Part shown: positions 39,261 through 49,923 of the stretch, in pieces
Position numbering within the stretch: position 1 is the first letter of the stretch
Layout: the number at the start of each line of letters is the position of its first letter
Assembly (NCBI GenBank): GCA_964478715.1
Contig: CAYZIY010000011.1
Location: 1,980 to 65,979 of the forward strand
DNA from: an uncultured Planctomycetales bacterium
Lineage (GTDB): Bacteria; Omnitrophota; Gorgyraeia; Zapsychrales; JBDRMG01
Reading direction: 5' to 3'
Length of the DNA: 64,000 nucleotides
The notes under the pieces: model-generated
The model's database searches: none
What the model was told of the DNA's origin: nothing
What the model saw: only the letters and a program-made list of their open reading frames with translations
Made by a program: the position numbers and the translations under genes

Positions 39261-40398
39261 ATTCTTGGCCCTTGGCGATGCGAAGAAATAACTCTTCGTA
39301 CTTAGCTATCATTTTTTCTTTTGAATAATTCTCGACAGACTTCCTTCCTGTTTTACTGATTCGCTCTCTCATGGTGTGATCAGCTTTTATCTGCACAATC
39401 GCATTAGCCAAATCATTCGGTGAATTATCTTTTACAAGGAGCCCATTTTGATTATGTGTAATCAATTCATTGTTGCCGATAACATCAGTGGCAATAATGG
39501 GTGCTTGGGCTGCCATCGCTTCCAAAAGACTAAATGGCAGCCCCTCAAAATATGACGGCAGACAGAAACAGTCGATTGACTGCATCAGCTGGGGGATATC
39601 ATAACGCGGTCCCAGAAAGATCACTTGCTTCTTAAGATTTTTTTCATCGACTAATTTCATAATTTTATCTTCCAGGGGGCCGGATCCGCATAAGAGCAGC
39701 TGAATGTCTTTCTCTCCTTTTTCTTGTAAAATTCGTAAAGCGTGGATTAAACAGGCGTGGTTTTTCTGTTTTCGAAAATTAGCGAAAAGTCCCAGGGCAA
39801 AACTGTTTTCTTCAAGCCCCAGCTTTTCGCGGTATTCTTTGCGGTTAAAATCAGATAAGCAATACCGCTTAAGATCAATACCGTTAGAAATATAATGAAC
39901 TTTATTTGCGGGCACATTCAATTTTGTCCGGAAATAATCGCAAGCTGATGGAGATGCGCCCACAACAGCATCAACTCTTGTGAGAAATAGCTTCTCGATA
40001 AACAATGATTTAGGTGTTGTGTTAGGATCAAGGTCAAGACGCGTATGCTCGACATGTATCATGGGTAATTTTTCGCATAGCTTCAAAGGAGCAATGCCCT
40101 GGATCAAGGGGCTGGCGTGATGGGTGTTGACGAGATCGATGTCATGTTTAAGGGCGATTTCCCTTAAAGAAGAAAAAACAGAGAATTTCGATCGAATGCC
40201 GTCTTGATGGATCACGTAAAAAGGCAGATTCAGCTTACGGAATTCTTTTTCCAGTGAACCGGTAAAAAAGACGGTTAGAACGGGCTGGAATTTTGTTTTG
40301 TCCAGAGATGCGATCAGATCAAAAACGAGCTTTTCCGATCCGCCGGTGTCGAAGTTGGGAAGGATGAAAAGGATATTTATCGGCTTTCTTCTTTTCAT
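39244..40398 (-). CDS. glycosyltransferase family 4
   Basis: LPSYFEGLPFSLLEAMAAQAPIIAT. Confidence 0.75.
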   Translation of the reverse strand: MKRRKPINILFILPNFDTGGSEKLVFDLIASLDKTKFQPVLTVFFTGSLEKEFRKLNLPFYVIHQDGIRSKFSVFSSLREIALKHDIDLVNTHHASPLIQGIAPLKLCEKLPMIHVEHTRLDLDPNTTPKSLFIEKLFLTRVDAVVGASPSACDYFRTKLNVPANKVHYISNGIDLKRYCLSDFNRKEYREKLGLEENSFALGLFANFRKQKNHACLIHALRILQEKGEKDIQLLLCGSGPLEDKIMKLVDEKNLKKQVIFLGPRYDIPQLMQSIDCFCLPSYFEGLPFSLLEAMAAQAPIIATDVIGNNELITHNQNGLLVKDNSPNDLANAIVQIKADHTMRERISKTGRKSVENYSKEKMIAKYEELFLRIAKGQEYEERN

Positions 40399-41660
40399 TC
40401 ATTTCCTTCCATTTTTTCAGCTTCTTTTCTGAGAACATTCTTTAAAGCAACTAATATAGCGATGAAAATGTATTGATTCCAATAATAAGCAACCGAAAGA
40501 AACATGGATGAAATCATAAAAGTGACAAGCGATGCCGTTAAGCCATAAGCAAGGATGTGATATCTGTAATTCTTGAGCTTTTGGGCGTAATAAACAATGC
40601 GCTTAACACTCATAAACCCACTGATTAAGAAAAACAGATAAAGTATAAGTCCAAGAACGCCAAGCTCCACACCTATTTGAATATAGGCATTATGCGCGAC
40701 CATCCATTTGCCGATGACTCCCTCTTCCTGTTTTTGCGCGCCTTCGGCGAGGGAAAAATTCTTAATGCCAACTCCTAAGGGATTGCTTCTAAATGCCAAA
40801 AGACCGCGCTTCCAAATAGCAACACGACCAACTCGCTCATTGGTATAGCTGTACCCTTCAGAGTCAAATATCGACATAAAACGACTTTTATACTCACCCG
40901 GGAGTACTGTGAGTAGGATGAGAGCTGCGCAGAGCACGAACATAACAAGCTTAAATTTTCTTCGTCTATAGATGAGAGAAAAGAAGGCTATGATACCTGT
41001 CAAAACTCCTAAATAACCGCCTCGAGATCCCGTGTAAAGAACAGCATATCCAATGAATATTGTTGAGCTCAAAAACAGAAGTTTTTTAAACTTGGATCGA
41101 TTAACGTATGTTAGATAGAGGCCAATCGGGATGGCCATCGCAAGCACCAATGCAATGTCGTTAGGATTATTAGATGCGAGAGTTGAAACACCAACAACGC
41201 GGGGTGTTCCATCATGAGCAATGATTACATTCCCAACCCAGAAAGAGACAACGACACGCAAAGCGACAAAACTACAGCACCAAAAGATTGTGTTGATTAG
41301 AAGACTAATCTTACGCTCATTGTTGGCTGCTATCGTTATTAATAAGAATGTAATGAATACTTTCAGGAAAGAATTGCTCCAGTATTGAAATGAGTTATAT
41401 TGCCAGTAGGCAAACGGAATAAGTGCAACAGCAAGTAATTGCAGTGATAGAAATAATCTAAAGCTCGGTTCTTTAATAATAAAGCTTTTACGGCTTCGCT
41501 CGAAGAAGCAAAATATCAAAGAAATGATAATCAGGATTCTTGCTAAATTAATCTTTGTTTGGATAATAAAAAGCAATGGAAGGAATTCATAGGGTCGTAC
41601 ATAAACAAATATTAAAAAAGTGGCAAGAAAGAGAATTGCGGCTGTCAGGCGTTTTTTCAT
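40395..41660 (-). CDS. O-antigen ligase-like / Wzy-type polysaccharide polymerase
   Basis: ~10-12 TM helices with a large loop; position between GT genes in a Wzx/Wzy-type locus. Confidence 0.6.
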   Translation of the reverse strand: MKKRLTAAILFLATFLIFVYVRPYEFLPLLFIIQTKINLARILIIISLIFCFFERSRKSFIIKEPSFRLFLSLQLLAVALIPFAYWQYNSFQYWSNSFLKVFITFLLITIAANNERKISLLINTIFWCCSFVALRVVVSFWVGNVIIAHDGTPRVVGVSTLASNNPNDIALVLAMAIPIGLYLTYVNRSKFKKLLFLSSTIFIGYAVLYTGSRGGYLGVLTGIIAFFSLIYRRRKFKLVMFVLCAALILLTVLPGEYKSRFMSIFDSEGYSYTNERVGRVAIWKRGLLAFRSNPLGVGIKNFSLAEGAQKQEEGVIGKWMVAHNAYIQIGVELGVLGLILYLFFLISGFMSVKRIVYYAQKLKNYRYHILAYGLTASLVTFMISSMFLSVAYYWNQYIFIAILVALKNVLRKEAEKMEGNE

Positions 41661-42787
41661 TTTGCGTGCTCCTCAATCATAGATTGAAAATAAGATAAAT
41701 AGCATTCTGGAGAATAGCGTTTTTTGATTTCCTGAAGAGCGCGCTTTCCCATTTCGCCTCTCAAATGATGATCTTTAAGAAGATGTTTAATCTTCATTGA
41801 GAGATCTTCTATATTTTCTGATTCAAAGAGGAATCCGTTAATTCCATTTTGAATAAAAAATGGAATACCCCCCACGTTTGATCCGATAATGGCTTTTCCG
41901 CAAGCCATGGCTTCAAGCATCACTCGCCCCATTGCTTCAGACCGAGATGGAAGGACAAAAAGCGTGCAGTTTTGGAAGTATTCTATAGCTTCGTTATAGA
42001 AAACGGGCTTAAGGATTTCAACGCGAGGATTTCCTTGAGACATTTTAAGATAATGTTGTCTCTCGGATTCTCGACCGTGACAATGGCCGATGATTTTTAA
42101 AGTGATGTCTTTAAACTCACCAGAGATCTTGATAAAGGCTTTTATGAGAATATCAACTCCCTTGCGATGAAATGGATGCCCCATGAAAAGAATATAGTTA
42201 TCATTTCTGGCTTTTGCAACATCGAAGACGTGCGTTGGGACAAAATTGAAAAATACATGAGTCTTCTTGTTTTTAAGATACGGATTCCAGTCAAGGATTT
42301 GATCTTTATTAAGGAATTTAACGTGATCCGCTTGAAAAAGCGATATCTTTGTCAGGATAATAAACAGCATTCTTTTTACTTCGGCTTTAAGGCCGGTACT
42401 TTTTAAGAATGCGTCTTTCTTGAGATGGCCGTTGATTTCAATGACTAACTTGGCTTTCGTAAGGTATTTCAGGACAGAAGCGCAAAAGCCATAAAGCAAA
42501 GGATCGTAACTCACAATAATATCCAATGGCTTGCTTTTGTGAATACGAATACCGGTTTTTATAATTTCGATTACGTAATGAATATGGCGCTTCAATTTGT
42601 TTTGGATATTTGGCAGGGCGTGATAAATGAAATCGCCAAAATGAAGACCATCATATTTTCTGTCTGATGGAGAAATGACATGTCCATAACTCAATCGAGA
42701 GAGAAACACAAACTTATCTTTAAAATTGGGCAAAGTCGGATTGAAATAGAGTGGTTGAATAAATAATATGTGTGGTTTTTTACTCAT
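41657..42787 (-). CDS. glycosyltransferase family 4
   Basis: LPSRSEAMGRVMLEAMACGKAIIGS. Confidence 0.7.
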   Translation of the reverse strand: MSKKPHILFIQPLYFNPTLPNFKDKFVFLSRLSYGHVISPSDRKYDGLHFGDFIYHALPNIQNKLKRHIHYVIEIIKTGIRIHKSKPLDIIVSYDPLLYGFCASVLKYLTKAKLVIEINGHLKKDAFLKSTGLKAEVKRMLFIILTKISLFQADHVKFLNKDQILDWNPYLKNKKTHVFFNFVPTHVFDVAKARNDNYILFMGHPFHRKGVDILIKAFIKISGEFKDITLKIIGHCHGRESERQHYLKMSQGNPRVEILKPVFYNEAIEYFQNCTLFVLPSRSEAMGRVMLEAMACGKAIIGSNVGGIPFFIQNGINGFLFESENIEDLSMKIKHLLKDHHLRGEMGKRALQEIKKRYSPECYLSYFQSMIEEHAK

Positions 42788-44334
42788 AATTTAATTTCCA
42801 TTGCTATGATGGAGTGGGCCGGCACAGTATAAGTTTGGGATTGAGATACTGTTATCGGATTCAAGGGCCTTATCTTGACAAGTCCTGGATGACCATCGTT
42901 CTGCGACATGAGATTCGGCCCACTTAGAATCCATTGATGAGCTGTGTATTGTCCTTTACCGATGCGATCAAAATTCAGAACTACTTCAATATCATCTGTG
43001 GCATGTTTATTGATTAGAATAATTCCAAGCTTGTTTTCTTTTTCGAATTTGCTCGCATAGGCAGAAATATAAGGAACCTCGCCTGCATAGGATGAGGCCC
43101 AGTAGTCCCTTTCTTTCATATAGACTGGCGAATTCACAACAGTGCTTTTAATAGAGATATCTCCGAAGTGGTCTTTAAATAGCTTAATTGCGTAAGCTTT
43201 GGGTCGTATTGTTTTTTGATCCCACTTCACTCCCCCGCCTCCTTCAGCGGGATGCCATCCTCTGATTAGTCCGTAAGGGCACTCTTGAAAGCGATAATGA
43301 GTTGCAACGCTTATACCATTCTGAGCGAATTGTCCGAGCGTATCAGCATAAAAAATTGCATTCGCAAGCGACCATTGAACAATTCCTTTTGCATAATCTG
43401 GTCCGGAGTTAGCTGTTGGCGCATCCCAGGCGCCATCCCATTCAAGAAATCCAATTTCAATCATGCCTTTTCGATGAGGAGCTTCTTCAGCGATAATGCT
43501 GTGGACTCTTTCAACAATGGTTGGAATTTCGAGTGAATTCGCCATTACTTCTTGGGGTGTTGGATGGGAGCGGCCCCGATAGGTATTGCCGGGATTCGTA
43601 TGATTGGGATACCAATGGATGGAAACAAAGTCTATGGCATCAGCCGCTCCTCTTATAATAGTGCGGTCCCAATCAACTTCATCGAAATATCGCTCGCCCC
43701 AATTAGCTCCAATCTTGATGTTGGGATCTATGGTTTTCATAGCAGCAGAATAGTTCTTAAGCGTTTGAACATATTCCAATGGGCTCTGATATCCCATATC
43801 CCAATCGCCGAATGCTTCATTTCCGATTTCCCAGTATGTTACCGGAGTATCGCTTTGCTTATTCATATAGTGAACTAATCCGGCCGCTTCTTTAGGCGTT
43901 CCGGTTTCGATATTGATTTGCATAATGATATCCATGCCTGTTTTTTTAGAAAAACCACTAACGGCTTGCACTCTTCCCATGGGCATATTGACAACTTTTT
44001 CATTATAGTCTGCATAACCACCTCTCCAATGCCATCCTGGAGAATCTCCACCAGGATAGCGGAAACATGTCAAGCCAATATAGTCAATAAAACGCCAGAT
44101 AGGAGGATCGCTTTCCATTTTGGGAGCAATATTAGTTCCGTAAATCAAGCGGTTGATAGGATGCAGCTCATTGCTGGGATCAATCTTGATTACAATAACA
44201 CCCTTATGGCGATCGTTCTTTTTTTTCTGACGGAAGATGCTGATTATTCCAAAGGTATGGATTATATAAAATCCTACGCTAAGACTCAGTATGATGGTTA
44301 TGAACAGGATATTTTTTTTAGATATCATTTTCAT
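42784..44334 (-). CDS. clan GH-A glycoside hydrolase (GH51/GH79-like), membrane-anchored
   Basis: N-terminal anchor; RYPGG and WEIGNEAF (catalytic NE) motifs. Confidence 0.55.
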   Translation of the reverse strand: MKMISKKNILFITIILSLSVGFYIIHTFGIISIFRQKKKNDRHKGVIVIKIDPSNELHPINRLIYGTNIAPKMESDPPIWRFIDYIGLTCFRYPGGDSPGWHWRGGYADYNEKVVNMPMGRVQAVSGFSKKTGMDIIMQINIETGTPKEAAGLVHYMNKQSDTPVTYWEIGNEAFGDWDMGYQSPLEYVQTLKNYSAAMKTIDPNIKIGANWGERYFDEVDWDRTIIRGAADAIDFVSIHWYPNHTNPGNTYRGRSHPTPQEVMANSLEIPTIVERVHSIIAEEAPHRKGMIEIGFLEWDGAWDAPTANSGPDYAKGIVQWSLANAIFYADTLGQFAQNGISVATHYRFQECPYGLIRGWHPAEGGGGVKWDQKTIRPKAYAIKLFKDHFGDISIKSTVVNSPVYMKERDYWASSYAGEVPYISAYASKFEKENKLGIILINKHATDDIEVVLNFDRIGKGQYTAHQWILSGPNLMSQNDGHPGLVKIRPLNPITVSQSQTYTVPAHSIIAMEIKL

Positions 44335-45868
44335 TGATTTGACTATTGTTTTTTGATTTTTGTATATTTAGTTTAACAAAACCTAAAAGATATCGACGTT
44401 CGTCCTTGTGGAAACCGATAAGATATATAACACAAGCATAAAATCCAAGATGTGCGCTTCCGATAAGAGCAAGGCGCACAAAATCCGGCAATGCATAATG
44501 TTGCATAAATATATAAATAGGGATAATGGACACAAAGGCAATACCGATGCATGTGGTCAGGGTATTGATGTAATATTTCCATCGGCTGATATTAAGCACA
44601 TGACAGACATATATGGGCTGGATGCAAAAGCGTAAGACAAACATAGGGATCGCTGTTCCGATGGCTACACCGACAATTCCGTAGTTTTTCACCAGTAGAA
44701 TACTCAGGATAAGATTGCATATTCCTTCAAGCGCTCCTGACCAGGCCAGAAATTTATGGCGCGAAATATTGTAAAGGACTGATGTAGAAGGTTGCTGCAT
44801 CAGCATAATGACTGTCGGAGGAATCAAGATAACAAGCACCGTATAAGCATCAACATAATCAGCGCCCATCCATCGCACGATAAAATGTTTGCCATAAAGC
44901 AAGACCATCGCACCGATAAAACAAGTCATATAGATAGAAATTTTGGTTGTCAGCAATAGCTTACGTCGAATCTCTTCATAGTTCCCTCTTCCTTCATCTT
45001 GGCTAAAAACAGGACCGATCAATCCTAGAGATCGGAAAAGGAATGTTGAGAAATAAGTTACGAGCGTTGCCGCAATGGAATAATGGGCAACAGCGGAAAG
45101 TCCTACGAAAGAAGCGATAACAACAGAATCTACTCGATGCACCAGGATGTGTGCCAATCGACCGATAAAGGAATAGATGCCATAGGAGAAAATTTCTCTT
45201 ATTCTACGGCGGTCAAACAAGGTTGTATTCAATCGCAATCTTTTTTCTACCGAGAAGGCAAAATAAATCCATAAGACATAGGTCAGGAGAGATACGCAAA
45301 ACACAATGAAACCTAGCGTTACGATTCGGTATCCTAAATTGAAGAAAATAACAATGAGGATGTTTCTTAGCAAGAGCTCTGTTAACCTAATTCCTGCTGT
45401 AACTTCATAACGTAGATGGGCGTGGATGACGCCGCCAAACGAACGCGTAGGAAAACCGATCGACAAATTTAAACCGGCCATTAAAATTAAAATTCTAACA
45501 ATACGCAACTCATCAGGAGACTGGACAAAAAAGCGGCTACAGATAACCAAAAGAATGGTTAGCAGAAATACCACAACGCCAATGATTAGGTAAAGGATAA
45601 AGGATGTACTGATGACCGTATTAACTTCATCCACATCATCTCTTCCAATGGCCCGGGATACAAATCTGCCCACTGCTGAAGAGATGCCAAGATCCAGGTA
45701 GTTCATATACCCCATAAATGCGCCAATGAAGACCCACAGCCCGTACATTTTGTCGCCTAATGTATGCAAGATAAACGGCATCATAAAGAATGCAATGACG
45801 ATGCTTGCTATTGTATTGAATAGGCGAAAGAAAAATCCAGATATTATTCGCTTGCCGCGGCTAGCCAT
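44318..45868 (-). CDS. Wzx-type oligosaccharide flippase (polysaccharide biosynthesis protein)
   Basis: 516 aa, ~14 TM, MOP/MATE-like flippase architecture. Confidence 0.7.
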   Translation of the reverse strand: MASRGKRIISGFFFRLFNTIASIVIAFFMMPFILHTLGDKMYGLWVFIGAFMGYMNYLDLGISSAVGRFVSRAIGRDDVDEVNTVISTSFILYLIIGVVVFLLTILLVICSRFFVQSPDELRIVRILILMAGLNLSIGFPTRSFGGVIHAHLRYEVTAGIRLTELLLRNILIVIFFNLGYRIVTLGFIVFCVSLLTYVLWIYFAFSVEKRLRLNTTLFDRRRIREIFSYGIYSFIGRLAHILVHRVDSVVIASFVGLSAVAHYSIAATLVTYFSTFLFRSLGLIGPVFSQDEGRGNYEEIRRKLLLTTKISIYMTCFIGAMVLLYGKHFIVRWMGADYVDAYTVLVILIPPTVIMLMQQPSTSVLYNISRHKFLAWSGALEGICNLILSILLVKNYGIVGVAIGTAIPMFVLRFCIQPIYVCHVLNISRWKYYINTLTTCIGIAFVSIIPIYIFMQHYALPDFVRLALIGSAHLGFYACVIYLIGFHKDERRYLLGFVKLNIQKSKNNSQINENDI

Positions 45869-46901
45869 GATTCATTCCAGTCTGTTTTATGAACGTTGCA
45901 AGGATTTCTTTGATTTGCGACACATGTGTATCGAGATTATACTTTGACCAGGACTCTTCAAAGGCCCGTTGCCCAATATCTTTTCGTGCTTGGGGATCAA
46001 GGATCAATCGATCCAGACATTCGCCGAATGCGCGTGGTGTATCAGCGAAAAGTCCGGTTGCTCCATCTCGCATAACCAGCTTGTCTGATTCTGTCGGGCG
46101 GCATACGACTGGTAATCCTGCGGCCATGAAGGAGAGTATTTTATTAGAATCTTTGTGATACTGATCATTGCAGTTGTTCCACCAGCGAAAGGCAATATCG
46201 CCTTGCAGTAAATCTCTTTCCCAAGTCTCTCTCGTCCAATGAACGTAGTTTATGAAATCGCTTTTGTTTTTATAAGAGTCAGTTAAATAAATAACGCGTG
46301 AATCGTATTTATCGCAAATTTTTTTTAATATTGGTTCAATTTGGCTATTTTGCTTGATGTTTAATCCAATTCCTGTCCATATCATGGTTAAATTACGGGT
46401 TTTTTCACTATGCTGTTTCGGATGATTCTGATGCCAGTCATTATAAATCTGCCGATGAATGACCAAAGGTTTCATCCCTGCTTCTTGGACTATTTGTTTA
46501 GCCGCTGGCGATGCGATCAGGCAACCGTTAAAACAGCCGAATCTTTTTCGTTCAGACCCTTCAAGATGATAATAATAAATTTTTTTCATAATTTTTTTTA
46601 TCGAATTACGTTCATAGACACTCGGAAATAAAAACATATCTTGATAATCTAAAATTAGTATTTTTCCGGCATCTTTCAGTTTTTTCAATATGTCAAATGG
46701 AGGACAAATTTTAATAAAAATAAGAATGTCAAAATCAAGGAGTACTTTTAGTGAAAATGGTTCAGCAAAAAAATCGCATTGAAAACGACTGTCCTCTTCC
46801 AGTTTACGAGCCACTTTAATACCAGATTGATAAAACGAGTTGGCTGTCGTTTCTGGACCGAAACCCACTTTGAATTTTTTACACATATCGTTCGATGACA
46901 T
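45861..46901 (-). CDS. putative glycosyltransferase (GT-B-like)
   Basis: C-terminal MAAGLPVVCRP...DGATGLF resembles the GT-B nucleotide-sugar binding region. Confidence 0.4.
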   Translation of the reverse strand: MSSNDMCKKFKVGFGPETTANSFYQSGIKVARKLEEDSRFQCDFFAEPFSLKVLLDFDILIFIKICPPFDILKKLKDAGKILILDYQDMFLFPSVYERNSIKKIMKKIYYYHLEGSERKRFGCFNGCLIASPAAKQIVQEAGMKPLVIHRQIYNDWHQNHPKQHSEKTRNLTMIWTGIGLNIKQNSQIEPILKKICDKYDSRVIYLTDSYKNKSDFINYVHWTRETWERDLLQGDIAFRWWNNCNDQYHKDSNKILSFMAAGLPVVCRPTESDKLVMRDGATGLFADTPRAFGECLDRLILDPQARKDIGQRAFEESWSKYNLDTHVSQIKEILATFIKQTGMNHG

Positions 46902-48000
46902 TTTTTATATTTGTGGCCACTGCATTTGGATGATACTTATTGTGGATATGACTTCTTGATGCTTTGCCCATCATTTCTAAAATTGGTCGATTCTTTAACA
47001 GATAGATAAGTCTATTTTGAAATCCTTCAATATCATCAGGATTGATCAGATATCCTGTTTGGCCATCGTCTATGATTTCAGGAATGGCGCAGATGTTGCT
47101 CGCCACAGAGGGTATTTCAAAATTTGCTGCCTCCATAATAACACTTGGAAACGGATCATATTTTGCCGGATGAATGAGGATGTTTGATCCTTTGTAGATC
47201 TCAATAAGCTCTTGTTTTTCAATAGATCCTTTAATCTCCAGCCAAGAAAGATCTGTTGCAAAGTTATGCGGAACATTGCCGACAATGATTAGTCTGGCTT
47301 CAGGAATTTCACTGACGATTTTTTCGAAAATCGGAATTAATTTATATCCGCCTTTTCGTTTGAAATCTGTGGACACAAAGAGCACATCCTTCTTTCGTCT
47401 CGTCCAATCAACTTGATGATCCTCAGTGATCTTGCAGGCTGACCCGATGACATGCATTTTGTCTTTGGCTATTGCGTATTCATTCTGGCATGTCTCGGCT
47501 GCCCAATGGCTGTAAAAGAGGCAGCCGTCTGCTTTTTCAAACAAATTCTTTTCAAGGGCATACCATTGTTGGCGGAATTGTCCGAAGTCATCCGGCATCC
47601 AGTCGGGCCACATCTTTTCGGCATTTATAACTGTCGAATCACTGTAAGAGAAATACGGAACATTTTTCGGATTATCGACAGGACCAAAGAGGGAACCTAT
47701 TTGCAGCAGGGCATCGTATGGCTGGGTGTATTGTGCCAGCATTTTACTATATCGTTCAGTGGTCCTTATAAATGAAGAAGGATGCTTGCGGGCATGTTCC
47801 TCAAAAGCCGATTTCTTGTATTTCCATTTCTCGATATTCCAGTGAAAACTTTTTACGTAGGGCCACAGGCGTGAGAGTTTTGTTTGGGGCAGAATAAGAA
47901 AGTCAATATCAAAGAATTTCGATAAAGCACGATAAAGAACCGATTTGCTAGCACCGCTTTTTGCATTGTTCCATAGATCTAGAATAACGATTCGTGGCAT
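46879..48000 (-). CDS. glycosyltransferase family 4-like
   Basis: PSVIMEAANFEIPSVASNICAIPEIIDDGQTGYL. Confidence 0.6.
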   Translation of the reverse strand: MPRIVILDLWNNAKSGASKSVLYRALSKFFDIDFLILPQTKLSRLWPYVKSFHWNIEKWKYKKSAFEEHARKHPSSFIRTTERYSKMLAQYTQPYDALLQIGSLFGPVDNPKNVPYFSYSDSTVINAEKMWPDWMPDDFGQFRQQWYALEKNLFEKADGCLFYSHWAAETCQNEYAIAKDKMHVIGSACKITEDHQVDWTRRKKDVLFVSTDFKRKGGYKLIPIFEKIVSEIPEARLIIVGNVPHNFATDLSWLEIKGSIEKQELIEIYKGSNILIHPAKYDPFPSVIMEAANFEIPSVASNICAIPEIIDDGQTGYLINPDDIEGFQNRLIYLLKNRPILEMMGKASRSHIHNKYHPNAVATNIKNVIERYV

Positions 48001-48004
48001 GAGT

Positions 48005-48967
48005 TTATTGTTTTTGCACTCTCATTTGCTTCCATAGCAAATCGAAATGGCATAAATAGTTGATTAAAAGGAATTTCCAAATTTGTCTATTTAATGGTTT
48101 TAGTAAGATGGCTTTGAACAAAAAACTGAGAGAATTACGATAATCCGAGCAATAATAGAGTCGGATGGCCCAGTGGAAATAATGCGACGCCTTTTCGTGT
48201 CGCTGTGGTAACGTTTTGAACTCACTGGCATGATGATCAATTTGTATTCTGTGAATACGGCTTAACTTTCTTTCTATTGCTAATTGTTTGATTAATTCAA
48301 GGATTCTTTTTTGTTTCATCTCTTTAAAAGAAATAGATGATGGATTCACACGACGCATTGAAAGACATTCACTTAAGTTGGCAACAGGAAACCGTTCAGA
48401 AATTCTTAGGCACAACTCGTAATCTTCTGCAAATTTCAGCTCTTCTCGATAAAACAATTGATCCGCGATCTGTTTTTTTCTAAGCATTAGAGAGCTGTGA
48501 TTGAAACGGTTGCATTGAAAAAGTTCGGTCTTGATTGTCTTTTCATCCGTTTCGGTTTTGTATTCTTCAATGAGTTTGCCACGGTCATTGATTCTCCACC
48601 CTCCGGTTCCCAGAAGGGCGATATCGGGATTCTGATCTAAGAATTCAACCTGTTTTTGCAATCGCTGCGGCAAAGAGATATCATCTGAGTCCAGGATGGC
48701 GATATACTCCCCTCGGGATGCCTTAATGCCTACATTTCTAGCCTTCGAAGGACCTGCATTGTCTTGATAAATGTACTGCATCTTCTGCGGATGTTGAGCG
48801 CAGTATTTGTTAACGATATGTCCGGTATTGTCCGTTGAGCCATCGTCCACAATAATAAGTTCAAGGTCTTGATATGTTTGATTCACAATACTGTCAATGG
48901 CTTGCCGGATATACTTACCTGCATTGAAGGTGCTCATGATGACGCTGACTTTTGGATTAGTGCTCAT
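48005..48967 (-). CDS. glycosyltransferase family 2 with C-terminal TPR-like extension (paralog A)
   Basis: KVSVIMSTFN...IIVDDGSTDNT, DSDD; first ~124 aa identical to paralog B. Confidence 0.75.
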   Translation of the reverse strand: MSTNPKVSVIMSTFNAGKYIRQAIDSIVNQTYQDLELIIVDDGSTDNTGHIVNKYCAQHPQKMQYIYQDNAGPSKARNVGIKASRGEYIAILDSDDISLPQRLQKQVEFLDQNPDIALLGTGGWRINDRGKLIEEYKTETDEKTIKTELFQCNRFNHSSLMLRKKQIADQLFYREELKFAEDYELCLRISERFPVANLSECLSMRRVNPSSISFKEMKQKRILELIKQLAIERKLSRIHRIQIDHHASEFKTLPQRHEKASHYFHWAIRLYYCSDYRNSLSFLFKAILLKPLNRQIWKFLLINYLCHFDLLWKQMRVQKQ

Positions 48968-48969
48968 TT

Positions 48970-49923
48970 TTAATTAACAGGTTTAAACATTAAACGTGGA
49001 TTCATAAGATATTTAACAAATAGAAATCTCCATATACTTATATTAATGGGCTTGTGAAGGATTGAAAGCAATGTCAATTTCAAAGAGTTCCGGTAATCGC
49101 CGTAATCATAGAGACGTTGTGCCCAATGAAAATAACTTGAAGCCTTGGCAAAGCACTTGGCGAGAAACAAAAAACGAGAAAGATCATAATCGATCTGAAT
49201 CGTTTCAATATGATTAAGTCTATTCTCTCGTGCTAATTTCTGAAGTGTTTTTACAGATTGATCTTGGGCCACTTTTCTTTTAATAGAAATTGAACTCAAA
49301 CTTAATCGCCACTTACAGAGAAGATCAGCAAGATTAGCGAAATTATAATGCGCGGATAATCGCAAGTAGAGCTCATAATCTTGAGAATATGCCAATTCTT
49401 CACGGTAGAAACCGTATTTTTCCATACAAATTTTTCTGAACATGACAGAGCTATGGATAAATTGATTTCTTCTAATCAGTTGCTTTTTAATCATCTGACT
49501 ATCTGTGAGAATTTTGAACGTAGTTAAGATCTGATTTTGTTCATTGATAATCCACCCTCCTGTTCCCAGAAGAGCGATATCAGGATTTTGATCTAAGAAT
49601 TCAACCTGTTTTTGCAATCGCTGCGGCAAAGAGATATCATCCGAGTCCAGGATGGCGATATACTCTCCTCGTGATGCCTTAATGCCTACATTCCTGGCCT
49701 TCGAAGAGCCTGCATTGTCTTGATAAATGTACTGTATCTTCTGCGGATGTTGAGCGCAGTATTTGTTAACGATATGCCTTGTATTGTCCGTTGAGCCATC
49801 GTCCACAATAATAAGCTCAAAGTCTTGATATGTTTGATTCACAATACTGTCAATGGCTTGCCGGATATACTTACCTGTATTGAAGGTGCTCATGATGACG
49901 CTGACTTTTGGGTTAGTGCTCAC
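48970..49923 (-). CDS. glycosyltransferase family 2 with C-terminal extension (paralog B, GTG start)
   Basis: Same GT-A motifs; 5' ~375 bp ~97% identical to paralog A. Confidence 0.75.
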   Translation of the reverse strand: MSTNPKVSVIMSTFNTGKYIRQAIDSIVNQTYQDFELIIVDDGSTDNTRHIVNKYCAQHPQKIQYIYQDNAGSSKARNVGIKASRGEYIAILDSDDISLPQRLQKQVEFLDQNPDIALLGTGGWIINEQNQILTTFKILTDSQMIKKQLIRRNQFIHSSVMFRKICMEKYGFYREELAYSQDYELYLRLSAHYNFANLADLLCKWRLSLSSISIKRKVAQDQSVKTLQKLARENRLNHIETIQIDYDLSRFLFLAKCFAKASSYFHWAQRLYDYGDYRNSLKLTLLSILHKPINISIWRFLFVKYLMNPRLMFKPVN

